Below are positions 1-28,778 of a stretch of 64,000 nt of DNA, one piece after another; position 1 is the first letter of the stretch; each line of letters starts with the position of its first letter. The notes under the pieces are model-generated. The model worked only from the letters and a program-made list of their open reading frames with translations, was not told the origin of the DNA and did not search any database. The position numbers and the translations under genes were made by a program. This DNA comes from Paraspadella gotoi (Eukaryota > Animalia > Chaetognatha), in contig CM119264.1 of the NCBI GenBank assembly GCA_051294375.1, positions 25,997,376 through 26,061,375 of the forward strand, read 5' to 3'.

Positions 1-509
1 CCAATTTCCAAAGGAGTGGTTTTCATAGAAAAAAAAATGTAAAAAGATAAAAATGAGTTAAAGTAAAGTAAAAAAAGAGAGAAAAAGTAGAAAAGATGAA
101 AATTCGAAGAGAGTTTTGGTTCAGATTGATATCCTTTGATTACAATCGCAAAGGAGCCTCTCTCACTTGTTCGAAGCCTCGAAAATGTTTTTCAGTGATT
201 CACTGAAAAAAACGTGGATGGAGCCAGTTGTGCCGAAATCTTTTTTCCCTCCTTCGCCTCAATCTCATTTTATTTCCACCATGAATATAGACGCTATGAT
301 TTTTTTTTAACCTTCTGTGTTTGAAACTAACAATCGTCAAAGTTTTGTATGAATCATTGTATCATACGACAAGTAAAATACCTTTTTACCGTTAATAGCC
401 TCCACTGCCCGCTATCTTTGCCGCCACTGCCCGACATCTCAGCTCCACGTGCCCGCCATTCTAGCCGCCACGTACCGACCATCTTCGACGCTCCTCTTCA
501 CTCGGCGCC

Positions 510-1900
510 ATGCCTCTTCCGGCGGAAGAAATGGAGCGTTTGTTGCGGGAAATGCCGAAGGTGAGCTCCACGTGCACCTGGACGGCGCCATGCGTCCATC
601 CACGCTCTGGTCAATCGCTCGCGCCAAGAGGATGCCGAAGACGCACCCGGACGAGGCGGCGTTCCGCTCGGCATGCATCTGTCGTGAGGGTGCAACTTTG
701 CCGGAGTTTTTGGAGAAGTTCGCTCTCATGGTCGGACAGATTCGCATTTGATGGATAGTTTTTATATTCTATATTTGATAATAGTAGTACTTAGTTTTAT
801 TATATTTATTTTATTCAAAGATTAAATGATTGTCAAAGTTTTTTCAACAATGAAACATTAATTATCTAAATCCTTATTGGATCTTATTAAAAAGTTATAG
901 AAATTTAAGTAATAATATAAATGTATAAAATTTTTATTAACCTTATTAAACCTAATATATTATTTATGTTTTATTTTCTCGATTTAAGTTATTGATTATT
1001 TAAAAAAATCCAAAATTCTCGCCTCCAATGCGAACCCCGTCCACGGTCCAGGTCCCGATCGTCGCCGGTGACGCCGAAGCTGTCCGTCGCATCGCCTACG
1101 AATTCTGCCAGGACAAAGCGTCAGAGGGCGTGGTCTACGCGGAGGCGCGTTACGCCCCGCAACTCCTGACGGGTCCGGGCGTGACGGCGGGCGATATTGT
1201 CGAGGCCGTGGCCAGCGGCTTCGACGCCGGGCGCCGCGATTTCGCGTCGACGTCCGCAGCATCCTCTGCTGCATGCGCCGCATGGCCAGTGGCTCAGCTG
1301 AGGTCGTCGATCTCTGCATCGAATACCGCGATCAGGCGTCGTCGGAGTAGATCTCGCGGCGACGAATCCGTCACCGATCCCGAACACCCCGAAGACCCTG
1401 CTCACGTGGAGGCCTTTCGAAAGGCCCGTCAGCACGGCATTCATCGCACCGTCCACGCCGCAGAGTCGGGCCCAGCATGGAACGCCTGGCAAGCCGTGGA
1501 GGTGATGGGCGCCGAGAGGATCGGCCACGGCTACCACGTGCGCGACGATCCGGAGATTTATCGTCTCGTCCGCGACCGAGGCGTCCACATCGAGGTGTGT
1601 CCCACTTCCTCGCTGGAGACCGGGTCGGTGGCGCTGGGCGCCGGCGGATGGCCCTCTCATCCGGCGACCGTCTTCGCCAAGGACGGCGCCAACTTCGGCG
1701 TCAATACGGACGATCCACCGTCTGCGGCGTTGGCCTCGTCGACGAGTTTCGCGTCGTCGCCGTCAAGATGGGCGCCGGTTGGAAACGCTCGTCGCCGGCG
1801 TCAGGAACGCCGCCGGGGCGACCTTTTTGGGGGAAGAGGAGAAAGAAAAAGTTGTGGAGAAGATCGAGGGGAAGTTGAAGAGTTGGGGTTGGCTTGAGTT
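510..1900 (+). CDS. ADA: Adenosine deaminase, 2 exons (510-730; 1052-~1900); several single-base frameshifts, probably sequencing errors
   Basis: Motifs in order: PKV(E)LHVHLDG, YAEARYAP, HRTVHAAE, ERIGHG, EVCPTSS, NTDDP. Phase-0 GT-AG intron at 731-1051. Frame jumps near 562, 1245-1345, 1718 and 1770. Stop position uncertain (1897 or 1991). Confidence 0.93.
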
Positions 1901-3847
1901 TGGTGGAGAGGAGGGAGGAAAGGAAATTAGAGGAGGAAAGGAGATAAAGGAAATAAGAAGAAGAAACGAAATGCGAAGAGAAGAAGCTTAGGAAATAAGA
2001 AAATGGAAGAGGATATTAAAAAAGGAAAGAATAAGGAAAGGGGAAGGGAAAAAAAAGAAATAACAGAAAGGGAGCAAAAGGAGATGAGAGAAGTGGAATA
2101 GAACTAAAATCACATAGGAAAAGGAAAGAAGTAAAGAGAAAAGAAAAGAAAGAAAATTGGGAAAAAGAAATGAAAGATTAAGGAAAGAAATGTAATGGAA
2201 GAAAAGAGACATTAAAGAATATATGAAGGAACTGAAAGAATTATGATAAAAAATGAGGGAAGGAACATAAATGAAATAAAGAAACAAATGAGTAAAGAGA
2301 GGAAAGATAAGCGGAAGGAAATTGAAGAAAATGAAATTGAGAGAGTAAAAAGAAAGTAAATGAAGAAAAGGAACAGAAGTCACGGACGAATTTGCTGTCA
2401 ACGAAAAAAAAAAATCGAGATCTGAACAATAATTAACGGTTTCAAATTTTTAATCTCATACAATTTTTTTAGCCCCAATTCTCTGCAGTCGAGGTCTCTT
2501 ATGCAAACTGCAATGTGTGATATTTTTTGGTAGTCGTAGTTCGCGACGACATCTGTAGTACTAATGACGATCTCACGGTTCTCATACCTTTTTTTCGGTC
2601 AGTACAGGGTCACTTCGCTTTAACGCTTTTTAGAATTTTTAGCTTTTTACTATATTTTGCGTTTTTCACATTTGATAAAAAAAAAAAAGAAACTAAATAT
2701 TGACGCGGAATTGTTTTTTTTTTTTTTTTTTTTACCTCCGCCAACAACGAGAAATAAATCGCGGGTTAATCAACTCGTGATGACTTTTACTCTCAAGCCC
2801 CGACCACCCCTCCCCCAAACCCCCGCCCTTCGAGGAAATACGTTTTCTCTCTTTTTTTTGCATGAATTCGCGTGACGCGTGGTACATTTTCTCGCTTTTA
2901 CTTTTTTTTTTACATTTATTTTGTCGAATCCAGATTTTTCCTTTTTGTTTATGTCGAAGCGAAAGAAGAATTATCGGCGCTTAAAAGTCTCTCCGGACAA
3001 AACAGGAGAAAAAAAACCCCAGAGAAACATAAATAATTTAAATATAAATAAGTTTCGGACTGATTTTTTTTTTCATGACTTCGTCTCACGAAAAGTCGTG
3101 ATTTTTCGTCATCGACATCGTCGTCGTCTTCGTCATCCTCTTTTCCACATTGGCTCCGATATTCTCGTCAAAACTTGGAAATTTAAAAAAAAAAGCCTCT
3201 TAATTTATTATACGATTTTTGAATTGTAAAAAAAAAAAAGAAAAAAAATACGATTTCTTTTTATATATTTTTTTTTATTTGGTTCTCGATCTCGTGACAA
3301 AAAGGGAAGAGGATCACGAAATTAACAACTTCGACGAGGGGAAAAAAAATTAAATGTAAATTTGAGATAATTTTTTCCTCATTTAAAATCATAAACAAGC
3401 ACCTACTTTTCGCTAAAGTTTACATTTTCTCCCCTTTTTTTGTGGTCATTAAAGTCAGGAACGGTTTTTCTCTAACAACTTTAGCCTTTTTTCTGATTTT
3501 TTCCCTTTTTTTTTGTTTTGTTTCGTTTTATCTTCCCGATATTTTTCCCCGCGAATTCTCGTTTCCTCTTCGGTCGGCTAGGTGAGGGCGGGACCATTTT
3601 CCATGAGCCCGATTTACGTGAGATTTCTTTCTATCTCCTCATTTTCTCTGTATCTATCTATTTACTTATTTATTTATCTTTTATTTATTTATTTATTTTA
3701 TTAGTCGTTTATTTATTTTATTTTTCTTCTGTCTTTTTTATATATATCTCTTTTCTCTTTCTCTCTTTTTTTCTTTTTTCTTTGTCTTTCTTTCTGTCTT
3801 TCTTTCGCCCTCTCTATCTTCCCACTTTCTTGTAACCCATTTTACAT

Positions 3848-3919
<72 letters not shown>

Positions 3920-5886
3920 GAGATGCACATCATGCGTTCCTTGAAGGCGAAGGATTCTCGCGGATCGAGGGATCGGAACGCAACGTCGTCGTCGTCGTCG
4001 TCATCGTCGTCTTTTCTGTCGACTCCCGTCCGAGGACTAAAAACGCGACGCAAAACGAAATAAAATAAAAACAAACCAAAAAAAAAAAAAAAAAAAATTT
4101 TTTTTTTCTTCCGAATTTCTTCAATTTAACGAAATGTGAAAGGATGAACTAAATCATCCCGACTTTTCCTCTCCCCGTCGTAACTCAGGGGGTAAGGTTG
4201 GTCGTCATGTCTCTTTTGGCCCCAACCCTGCGCTCTGCACCTTAACCGAAAATTTTAGGATTTTTCGTCAACGGATATTTATTCGCAAAGAGATTAATTG
4301 ACATATTTTACGTTTGTATTCATAATATTGCAAAAAAAACAAACAAAAAAAAACAACCAAAAACAAACAAATAAATAAGTAAAAATAAAAGGATAAAATC
4401 CCGATTCCCTCTATCGTCCGAAAAAGATAACAAGTAAAACTCAAAATGCGATTCAGAAACGAATTCTACCTGATGTGGTCTACGCGCCGTCCAACGCGTC
4501 GGCCGTCTCCCCTTCCACCCTGACCACCCCGAACGCCTCGCCGACCACCCCCAGGAAACCAGAAGGCTCACGAGAAGTAATTCCGACTCGGGTATTCCTC
4601 CTCCGGGGGCCAAAAAAGGTCCGAGTTCGGGTGTGCCGCCCGGGTCGAGGCTGCGATGGCGGCGGCGAATGCAGCGCCACACTTGGCGGGACTTTGGCGG
4701 AAAGGTTCGAGTTTTGGAAAAGTTCATAAAAAAAAATATATATACGTATAATTTACTTGTTTTACTTTATTTTCGTACATCATGAATCAACATGGTTAAT
4801 GACAATGAATAAATCGTGAAATTTCATGCGATGTCAGTTTAATTTTAGTTTTTTGGGGCAAAATTATATTATCTTAATATGATAATATGATATTCTTCCA
4901 TCCCTTCATTTCTCTTCTTAATATCTTAATATCTTAATATGATGATATTGTATTCTTCCATCCTTCCATCTCGATTTTATCTCAACTATTCCGCCACGCC
5001 CTCAATTAAACCCCGACGTCACTCTCACGACACCAACGCCCCCTTACCTCCGCGCCCAGTCTCGCAAATCGTCATCTACCTCTTCGTCTCGCTCTCTCGC
5101 GTCCACTTCCTCCAAGACAAAAGGAAACTGTACTGCGCGCGGACGGCGTCGGGCACGCCTTCCGCCCCAAATTCGCTCATCCTCACGTGAGAGAGAAAGA
5201 ATTGTTATTCTGTTTGTGAAATATAGAAATAACCAGATCAGTCATCAAATTAAGACAATTTGTAAGTTTTCAAAAAAAGTAAATATTTTAATGTTTGGTT
5301 GAGATATTTTTAGAAAAGTATTTCATATAAGTTTTTTAAAAAATATTTCACTTTTTTTTATAAATAAAACCACGAAAAAAAAATCACTACTCTTTTGTTT
5401 ACGTGACAACTTTTTTTTTTCGTATCTCCTTCTTCGAAAACCTCAGACTTCCCTATCAATTATCAGACGAAAATTTTAAATATTGTTTATGTCGAAACTA
5501 AAAAATAAATTTTACATCGACAAGAACGTTCACTTTTTGGGTAAAAATACCTTCTGACCCAAAAAATTCGCGCTGAAAAAAAAAAACCAACTTCCTTTGG
5601 TCGGAGTTACCAAGTCGGTTACCGTTCAATTTACGATGCGAAAAAAGTCACATTTTTTACCTCCTTTTTACCAATTTTTTAGGTGATACATACTAGCCCA
5701 TATACTACTTACTTAGTCTTACTTTAAATAAACTCTACCGATCGCAACAATTACGTAACAACAATACAAAAAACAACAATAACGACATTTTCCTCTGCGG
5801 TCTTAATCCTCGAACGATTAATTGTCGATAATCAAGAATTCAACTTCTTTTTTTGTTTGTTTATCGTTAAAGAGTCGTTCATCTTT

Positions 5887-5922
<36 letters not shown>

Positions 5923-7108
5923 TCGTCGTCGTCGTCGTCACCCCCCCCCCTTAGCTAGCTCCGTCGCCTTTAATCGACATTTACATTCACTTACAATTAT
6001 TGTCGTTGTTTATCGATTCGGACCAAAGTGACTCTCGATCTTTAAGTCCGGACCTCTAACATCAAAGCTCCGAGTCGATTTCGCCGCACGGGCGGGTGAC
6101 CCATTTTTATTTTCAAGGCTTCGATGGTTCAAAGAAAATACTCATTCGTCATTCGTCTCGGTGGAGATATTTCTCCATGGGATTTATTCAAGATTTAGAG
6201 CAGATTGAATTTATTGCGCGGGATTTATTACAACCGATCATTCTAGAGGCCAATACCGGTGACAGCTCTCGAGAAATAACATTGTTTTGCGATGAAAGGG
6301 TGGTCAATTTGTGGCTATTTGCCAGTTAAAGTCTTTTTTCCAATTTCGGGCTCATGCGTCATGGATATAATAAGGAAGACAAACAAAAGACGTCGAACTT
6401 AATCAATTCGCTGNNNNNNNNNNNNNNNNNNNNNNNNNACAGTGTCTTATTCTGGCTGCGAATTTAGAACATAACCAGGCAGATCATCAAATTAAGACAA
6501 TTGGTGAAGTTTTCAAAAAAAGTAAATATTTTAATGTTGGTTGAGATATTTTTAGAAAAGTATTTCATATAAGTTTTTTTATAAATAAATAACCACCGAA
6601 AAAAAAATCACTACTTCTTTGTTTACGTGACAACTTTTTTTTTTCGTATCTCCTTCTTCGAAAACCTCAGACTTCCCTATCTAATTATCAGACGAAAATT
6701 TTAAATATTGTTTATGTCGACACTAAAAAATAAATTTTACATCGACAAGAACGTTCACTTTTTGGGTAAAAATACCTTCTGACCCAAAAAATTCGCGCTG
6801 AAAAAAACCCAACTTCCTTTGGTGCGAGTTACCAAGTCGGTTACCGGTTCAATTTACGATGCGAAAAAAAGTCACATTTTTTACCTCCTTTTTACCATTT
6901 TTTAGGTGATACATACTAGCCCTATATACTACTTACTTAGTCTTACTTTAAATAAACTCTACCGATCGCAACAATTACGTAACAACAAAACAAAAACAAC
7001 AATAACGACATTTTCCTCTGCGGTCTTAATCCTCGAACGATTAATTGTCGATAATCAAGAATTCAACTTCTTTTTTTGTTTGTTTATCGTTAAAGAGTCG
7101 TTCATCTT

Positions 7109-7144
<36 letters not shown>

Positions 7145-7669
7145 TCGTCGTCGTGCGTCGTCACCCCCCCCTTAGCTAGCTCCGTCGCCTTTAATCGACA
7201 TTTACATTCACTTACAATTATTGTCGTTGTTTATCGATTCGGACCAAAGTGACTCTCGATCTTTAAGTCCGGACCTCTAACATCAAAGCTCCGAGTCGAT
7301 TTCGCCGCACGGGCGGTGACCATTTTTATTTTCAAGGCTTCGATGGTTCAAAGAAAATACTCATTCGTCATTCGTCTCGTGGAGATATTTCTCCATGGGA
7401 TTTATTCAAGATTTAGACGCAGATTGATATTTATTGCGCGGGATTTATTACAACCGATCATTCTAGAGGCCAATACCGGTGACAGCTCTCGAGAAATAAC
7501 ATTGTTTTGCGATGAAAAGGGTGGTCAATTTGTGGCTATTTGCCAGTTAAGTCTTTTTCCAATGTTCGGGCTCATGCTCATGGATATAATAAGGAAGACA
7601 ACAAAAGACGTCGAACTTAATCAATTCGCTGTTTTTATCCTTCAAACGCCCTACGACGATCATTTTCAG

Positions 7670-10600
7670 GCCACACTCCTGAGGCGCGGGCCTTTGGCCT
7701 CGGCGGCGTCGGAGAAGTTGGCCGTCCTCAAGGAGTCGATAGGAGGCGTTGGTGAGCAGATCGCGGACGACTTCATCGACATCACCACGCCCTTGAAGCA
7801 TCTCGCCGACGCCGCCCACGCTCCGCCCACCGAGCCCAACCGGGCGAGGATTTTTCAGGTACGGGATTGGATTAAAGGAGTTTTACAGTGGTTGCGATGT
7901 AAGCGTGGGGGATGAATTTTAGGTTTAAATGACGGTGGATTACAAAATATTTTCAAATTGTTTAATTTAAAATAATAGAAAATTATATTAACGATGATAT
8001 AAATTATAAAACTTGACATATTCTTCATATTCCCGTTGCTTTTTAAAATTTATTTTAATGATGATTTTTAATTTTTTCGAGGTTGGAGGCGGGACTTGAG
8101 CTGAAAAGAGATCAAAGCCGAGATCTTTCATTGCGTGAGAACCGTTTATTATATAAAACAATAAAACAGCTCTTAAACGCAATTTAAATTATTTTTAATA
8201 AAAAAAAAAAATCAAAAAGAAAATAATCTGTAGAAATGGAGCCAAAAAATTGAGGTGAAATGGAAAAGGTGTTCGTTATAAATTTCGGCGAAGGTGTAAG
8301 ATGAGATAAAAAAAAAAGTCATTCTCTCCAAACTTTTTCCCTCCACGAATTTTTATTTTCCTCCAGCGAAAGAGCATCTTTTTTTAAAAAAAAAATTAAT
8401 CTTATAAATAGCACCCCCAACGTGGCGATGGCCGAGATGTAAACAATCGCACCTTCTCGACTTAAGCGTTGCCCCATAAAAACCACCACGGGAATTTAAG
8501 ACCCAGTGATAAAAATGATATCATAAGCTAAGGGTCTATCAGTCAAAGGAATTGAATGTGATAGTCATTAATTTTCTTGCACGGGACAACGTGCAAAAAA
8601 ATTCCTATCTCTTATTGTAGCGTGAAACAAAAATTTAATAATTATGAAAAAAAAAATTAGTTGACCCACCCTTAATATTATATATAATCCATTATTTATA
8701 TTGGCATTAAGAAAGTATTTTTACTAAATTCCAATTTTTATTTTTTACTGTACAAAGCTTATAATTTAGTTTAAGCCTCATTGAACAAAAGGCTTTACAA
8801 GATAATATTTTTATATTTTTATATTTACTTAAAAGCAGAGCAAATCAAATACCTAAATTCTATTCTTACAGAAACAAAAACTGTAATAATTATTAATTAA
8901 TATTCATTATCATCCCTTAATGTATAATTAACTATATGATTCCTAATTATAATAATAAAAATTTAGCAGAAGTACAGATCTTTCTCTTCTTTTTATATTA
9001 TATATACTTCAAAGAGTTTTATTTTCATCCAATTAACAGATCATTTGAAAAGAAAGTTTAAATAAAATCAGTCGATACCTTAAATTTTGATTCATTCCTA
9101 GTTTTTTCTTATAAATTTTTTTTATAAAAGCTGAAAATCTTTTTAAAATTAGATCTTTACCCTTTTTTAGAAAAAAAAATTTTAAACTTGAAAAAGATTT
9201 TCTTTTTACCGATTTTTTAAAGAAAATTAAGCTCGCTGATTTTATCGAATTTTTTAACTACTTTCCAAATGATTTAGTAGAAGAAAAAATTATATGATCA
9301 GAACCAGCTTAAGTTAAAGGGTCAAACGTTATGTTTTCAGCTTTTACCCCCCCCTGGTCACTTGGTCCCTTAAATCCGAGCGCCTATCAGCGAGAAAATT
9401 TTTTTTCCTCTTTTCCCCGGCGCCCGATGAATTTTTTTTCCCTTTCCCTTTCGACACCTGCTCGTCGTATAGCGGGCAGGTGCATGTTTTTGAGTTTAAA
9501 CGATGGCGTTGTGGGGAAAGAATTCGAAATCTGCATCGTTGTTGAAACAAAATCTGGAGGCCTTGCGGTTTCGGGGTCGATTTCATGGTGGAATTTAAAA
9601 ATCAAAGTCAAAAACAGATTTTTTAACAAATTGATGTCGCTGAAAAGTTAATCTTGAAGCTTTTAAAATATTGAAACATTTAGTTTATATACAAATCTAC
9701 TTTTTTCCGTTTCTTCGTACGCTTCATAAATAGTTCAAGGTAAACTAAAAGTGACGACGGAAAACCCACGAGGCCAATGAGCCGCAAGGGCGCGAGAGCT
9801 AAGAGCGTGGGTTGAGGTAAAATCAAGAGATAAGATCGGATGTTGAGAGTCGAAGGCTCTTTACGTCTTCGTACCTTCGTTACATCTGTAGGAAATAACA
9901 TCCCGTAAATACAGAATTATTTAATACAACTTGATCTTTCTCTAGAAAAAGCGGGGCGTTCCAAACTCACGCCAATCGGCTGGCTGCTATCGCTAAGCGA
10001 GCGGCAGCGACGGGCGGATGTCAGACAAGTGGACGACCGACTCCATCAACAGCCAGGCAAACCTCATCCAGGAGATCACGCCTCAGGTGAGAAAGGGGCG
10101 ATGGAAAGTTGTCTGTTCTTTGAATTGTTAATTTTTGTGTCTTTCTTTTTTAACGATTACTTTCCTTTCCTTTCCTTTCCTTTCCTTTCCTTTCCTTTCC
10201 TTTCCTTTCCTTCCTTTCCTTTCCATTCCATTCCATTCCATTCCATTCCATTCCATATTTTCCATACTTTCCTTTCCTGATTTAAATTTCATTCTTTTCA
10301 TACATTAGTGGTCTACGCCGCCCGAGTCGTGCTGGGAGAACCCGGGCAACGCTTCGGCGGAGGAGCACTTTTGTGCTGTTGAAGCAGCAGTGGAGCGAAG
10401 GGATGAGAAGCTGCGAAGTACAGTGGACGCGAGCATCACACGGTTCGTTCATCAAGCCTCGGAGGAAGGCATCCTCAAGGACCACGGGGTTAGTTTGGGA
10501 GGGAAAGGAATGGTTGGATTTGATTTTCAACTGGAATAATTTCGTCAACGATTTTATTATATTTATCAGTAAATGTATATTATGTACATATCTTTAAAAT

Positions 10601-11921
10601 TTGAGATTATCGCTCTGACTAAACAAGAAATTTTGCCGTTTCTTATTTTTCAATTTTGTTATCACTTTTTCTATGTCTTTCAACTTTCTTCTACCTCTCT
10701 TCTTATCCGTTATCCCTTCTCCCGCAACGATTTTTCTCTTTCATTTATTTCTTCCCCCCCCGTCTTCCTTTCTTTCTACTCCTTTTTTCTCCCTCTCTTC
10801 CTCCCCCGATATTCCAGCCAAAGACGGAGACGCGATCGGCAAGGGCGACTCCCTCGGCGTCGTCAACAGCACCTCGTCCATCGCCCCGAAAGGCCAATCG
10901 GGTCCTCCAAGTGGCCAACAAGAGGCGAGAACTCGGAAGACCAGGCCTTCGTGGATCGGGTCCAGAGGGCCTACTCCAGCTCAGAGCCAGGTGAGGAAGG
11001 GGAAAGGGAAATGGTGAAAATTGTAACAGCAAGATTTATGAAAAAAGCATTCCGATTGAATGAATCAAGAAGGCAATCTGCCCGTTGAGCCTATCGAACG
11101 TTCGATCAATTTGTAATTGTTAAAAAATGTTAAGGATGTGAAACTTTTACTGGTATATTTTTTCACATTAAAAAAATCATTAAATTTTTAAATGATAAGA
11201 TGATTTGGAATTAATCACACTAGTCTCAACCAAAACCCCACCTTTCTCTTTCTCATTATTCTTGCATTGACTCCCTCTCTATCTTCTTCTCCCTTGACAG
11301 CCATCAGCCCCGAAATCCAAATGCCAAAGTCCCGCCGTCCACATCAGGATCCCGCGCCGCCGAGAAGTGGCGTCAGGCAACTCCGCCCTCTCTCCCGCCG
11401 TGGGAGAGATGAGACAGGCTCGTTTCTCGCCGCCTGCACCGCCCTCCCTCCGCCGCCTGATCTGAGTCACTGAGCCTAGAAGGTTGTGAGGGAGCGAGCG
11501 AGAGAGAGAAGAGAGGAGAGAGAGAAGAGAGAGAAGACGGAGGAGAGAGAGAGAGAGGGAGAAGAGAGAGAGAGAGAGAGAGAGAGAATGTTAGAAACAG
11601 AGAGAGAAAGACGAGATTGTAATATTTCCGTCGCCGCCCAGGTTTTTATCGGCGTCGTCATCGCTTATCTCTCAACGAAAGACGAATCAGTTAATCATTT
11701 TTCTAATCTCAGCAAATAAAGATTTAATCACCAGAATGAAAATAAAAATCGATTGTGAATATCGACGTCGATTTTGTGTCTCACGTGAAATATGCAGCGC
11801 GACACGGCGAAAGAGTTTTAAAATTAAGGGTCAATCGAGGCGATAGAGCGAAAGCGGCGAGAAGAGAGGAGAGAGAGATAGACGGAGAGACGTAGTGGAC
11901 CGAGAGAGAGCAGACGAGGAG

Positions 11922-11990
<69 letters not shown>

Positions 11991-13758
11991 CGCTAATAAA
12001 TATCGATGCTCTCTTTTTATATTGTTCAATAATATTATGTATTCTCGTAATGGACTTTTTTTTTTCTCTTGAAGCTTCTCATCAGATGGCGTTGTTGTTG
12101 TTGTTAAAAATGGCGTCGCCGATTCACGCTCCACCGAAGAAAGAGGAACCCAATGTTGTTGTCGTCGCCGTCGTTTTTAATTCTTATAAAATGTTTCTGT
12201 TCGATAAAATTCTCACGAAGGAATGAGCTTTAAAACAAAAGGAAACAGAAATGCGATTTACATCGATGTTCCTTTTATTTTATTTGAATCGAACATCCCA
12301 CCGCGGATCATCTGTCGGGGAAAAAATGGCTACCCTGATCTTCCCACCCATCCTCTCCTTTGTCTTTCCTCGGTCCCCCTTCCTCCACCAACCAATCACC
12401 TTCCATCCCCCCCTTCAGTAGACTCCCTCCCCATCCACCAACCCCTTAGCGTCCAAATTGACCACTGCCCACCTCACGGGCCAACGCGTCCGCGCAACGC
12501 GACCGCGCCCAACCCCGCAACGTCAAGGAGACAGGAAAGAAGAAGGCCGTTTCCCGCACAGACGTGTACTTGCCCGACTTTGGTTCAGCCCCGTCCCCAC
12601 CCCTCAGTACCCGGGCATCCTTCAGCCCCCTCGCCCCTGTCAATTCCGTATCGACATGGCAGGATCTCCTTGGCACCTCCCCCTCGGGCCCTCTGGACCT
12701 GGTCACCAAGGGTTGTCCCCCCGAGACCCCCTCGCCTACTCCCCTCGATCCCCGCGTGCCTCGTCGCGGGAATCTTCCCAGGCCAGTCGTTCGAGAACCA
12801 CGTCGAATGATGGATGATGATGCTTACGACGACCAACTTGACGATCTTTTCGAGTTGCCTGTTTTTTTCTTGTTTGCGGCGCGGAGTAATATTTTTTGCC
12901 GTGCTTGACCTTCTCTCTTTCTTTTGTTATGTTTTTCTTTTAGTATTTCCTTACCTATGGATGATAGCTACGCGTTTATTTTTTTTTACTTGTGTCTTTA
13001 ATTACTTCTTTTATTTTCTACCCTTTTTCTTCTTTTCTTTCTTAATTTTTCTTTTTCTTTTTTCCTTTTTCTTCTTTCCCTCGATCTCGCTCCGGTTGCG
13101 ATAGTTGATATTGTTGGCCACGATTTCGTAGCAGCTTTTTTAACGATTGTCGTGCTTCGTTGGCTCGCGCGTGTTTGTTTATAATTTTATGTTCGTTGCG
13201 TTTAATTTCGATATTTTTTTCGGCTGATTTTAGTTTTCAACTAAAATAATAAATATCCTTTTTTTTTGTCACATTTTTTTTATAACATAAAAATAGGCAC
13301 TTTACGTTTAGTTTGCAAACGCCATTCTCCTGTTTTTTAAGTATAATTCTCTCTCCCTAACTCATTTCTTACAATTACCGTCTTTAACTCCTAAAATTTA
13401 ATATTTTTTTAAAAAAAACATTCATTAACCCTCGACAATAATTAATCGTGTTCAAATCCTTTAAACGTTACCTTCGTCTTTACCTCTTCGTCTTTCTGTC
13501 TTGTCTTTAACGGTTTCTCTCCGTGCCAGTTGTGTTCCCGCTTTTAACCAGAAAGACGCGAAGAACCCCAAAACACCGCCCTCAACCCCAACCCCGCCTT
13601 CAAACCCCTTTTCTCCCCCGCATCTTCATCCTTCGACTTCGCCTCTCAGTGGACGAACTCATGCATGAGGTGGACGAGATGCTCTCGGCGGCGCGGGCGG
13701 ACGCCGCCCTCGGCCCCCGTCAGTTGTGCCCCGTGTGGAATATGTGAATGGGCTGCAG
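7670..13758 (+). CDS. VCL: Redundant second copy of vinculin D3-D4 and hinge exons (alternate haplotype or assembly duplicate)
   Basis: Exons ~7670-7858, 9946-10086, 10309-10488, 10818-10990, 11301-11482, 12450-~12860 and 13650-13758 are near-identical to those at 13806-19035, with indels at different positions in each copy. Confidence 0.85.
8500..9369. mobile_element. 870-bp non-autonomous DNA transposon (MITE-like) with TTAA target-site duplication, Kolobok/T2-like
   Basis: TTAA at 8496-8499 and 9370-9373, versus a single TTAA (14610-14613) at the empty site in the other copy. Imperfect inverted ends GACCCAGTGA ... TCACTTGGTCCC. AT-rich interior with no long ORF. Confidence 0.75.
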
Positions 13759-13805
13759 GTGACCCCCCTTTTATCCTTCAAACGCCCTTCGACGATCATT
13801 TTCAG

Positions 13806-28778
<14,973 letters not shown>

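Larger units (their letters stand above)
6439..13768. repeat. 7.3-kb near-identical duplicate of 5201-6413 plus 13769-~19045
   Basis: The sequence before the N gap ends ...caattcgctg (6413) and 13769 begins ttttatccttcaaacg. These two pieces are contiguous inside the duplicate (7622-7648). Confidence 0.9.

Noticed and set aside
510-1900. ADA as a pseudogene
   Set aside because: Catalytic motifs are intact, and the frameshifts are single-base indels in a region (1-19 kb) where both vinculin copies show the same error type.
1988-2429. Phe/Leu/Ser-rich ORFs and other ERER/SLSL ORFs across the window
   Set aside because: Translations of purine-rich low-complexity DNA and (GA)n repeats.
7316-7915. 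199-aa ORF as a novel N-terminus fused to vinculin
   Set aside because: The upstream part is AT-rich intron read-through, is not open in the duplicate (6096-6413), and a clear acceptor precedes 7670.
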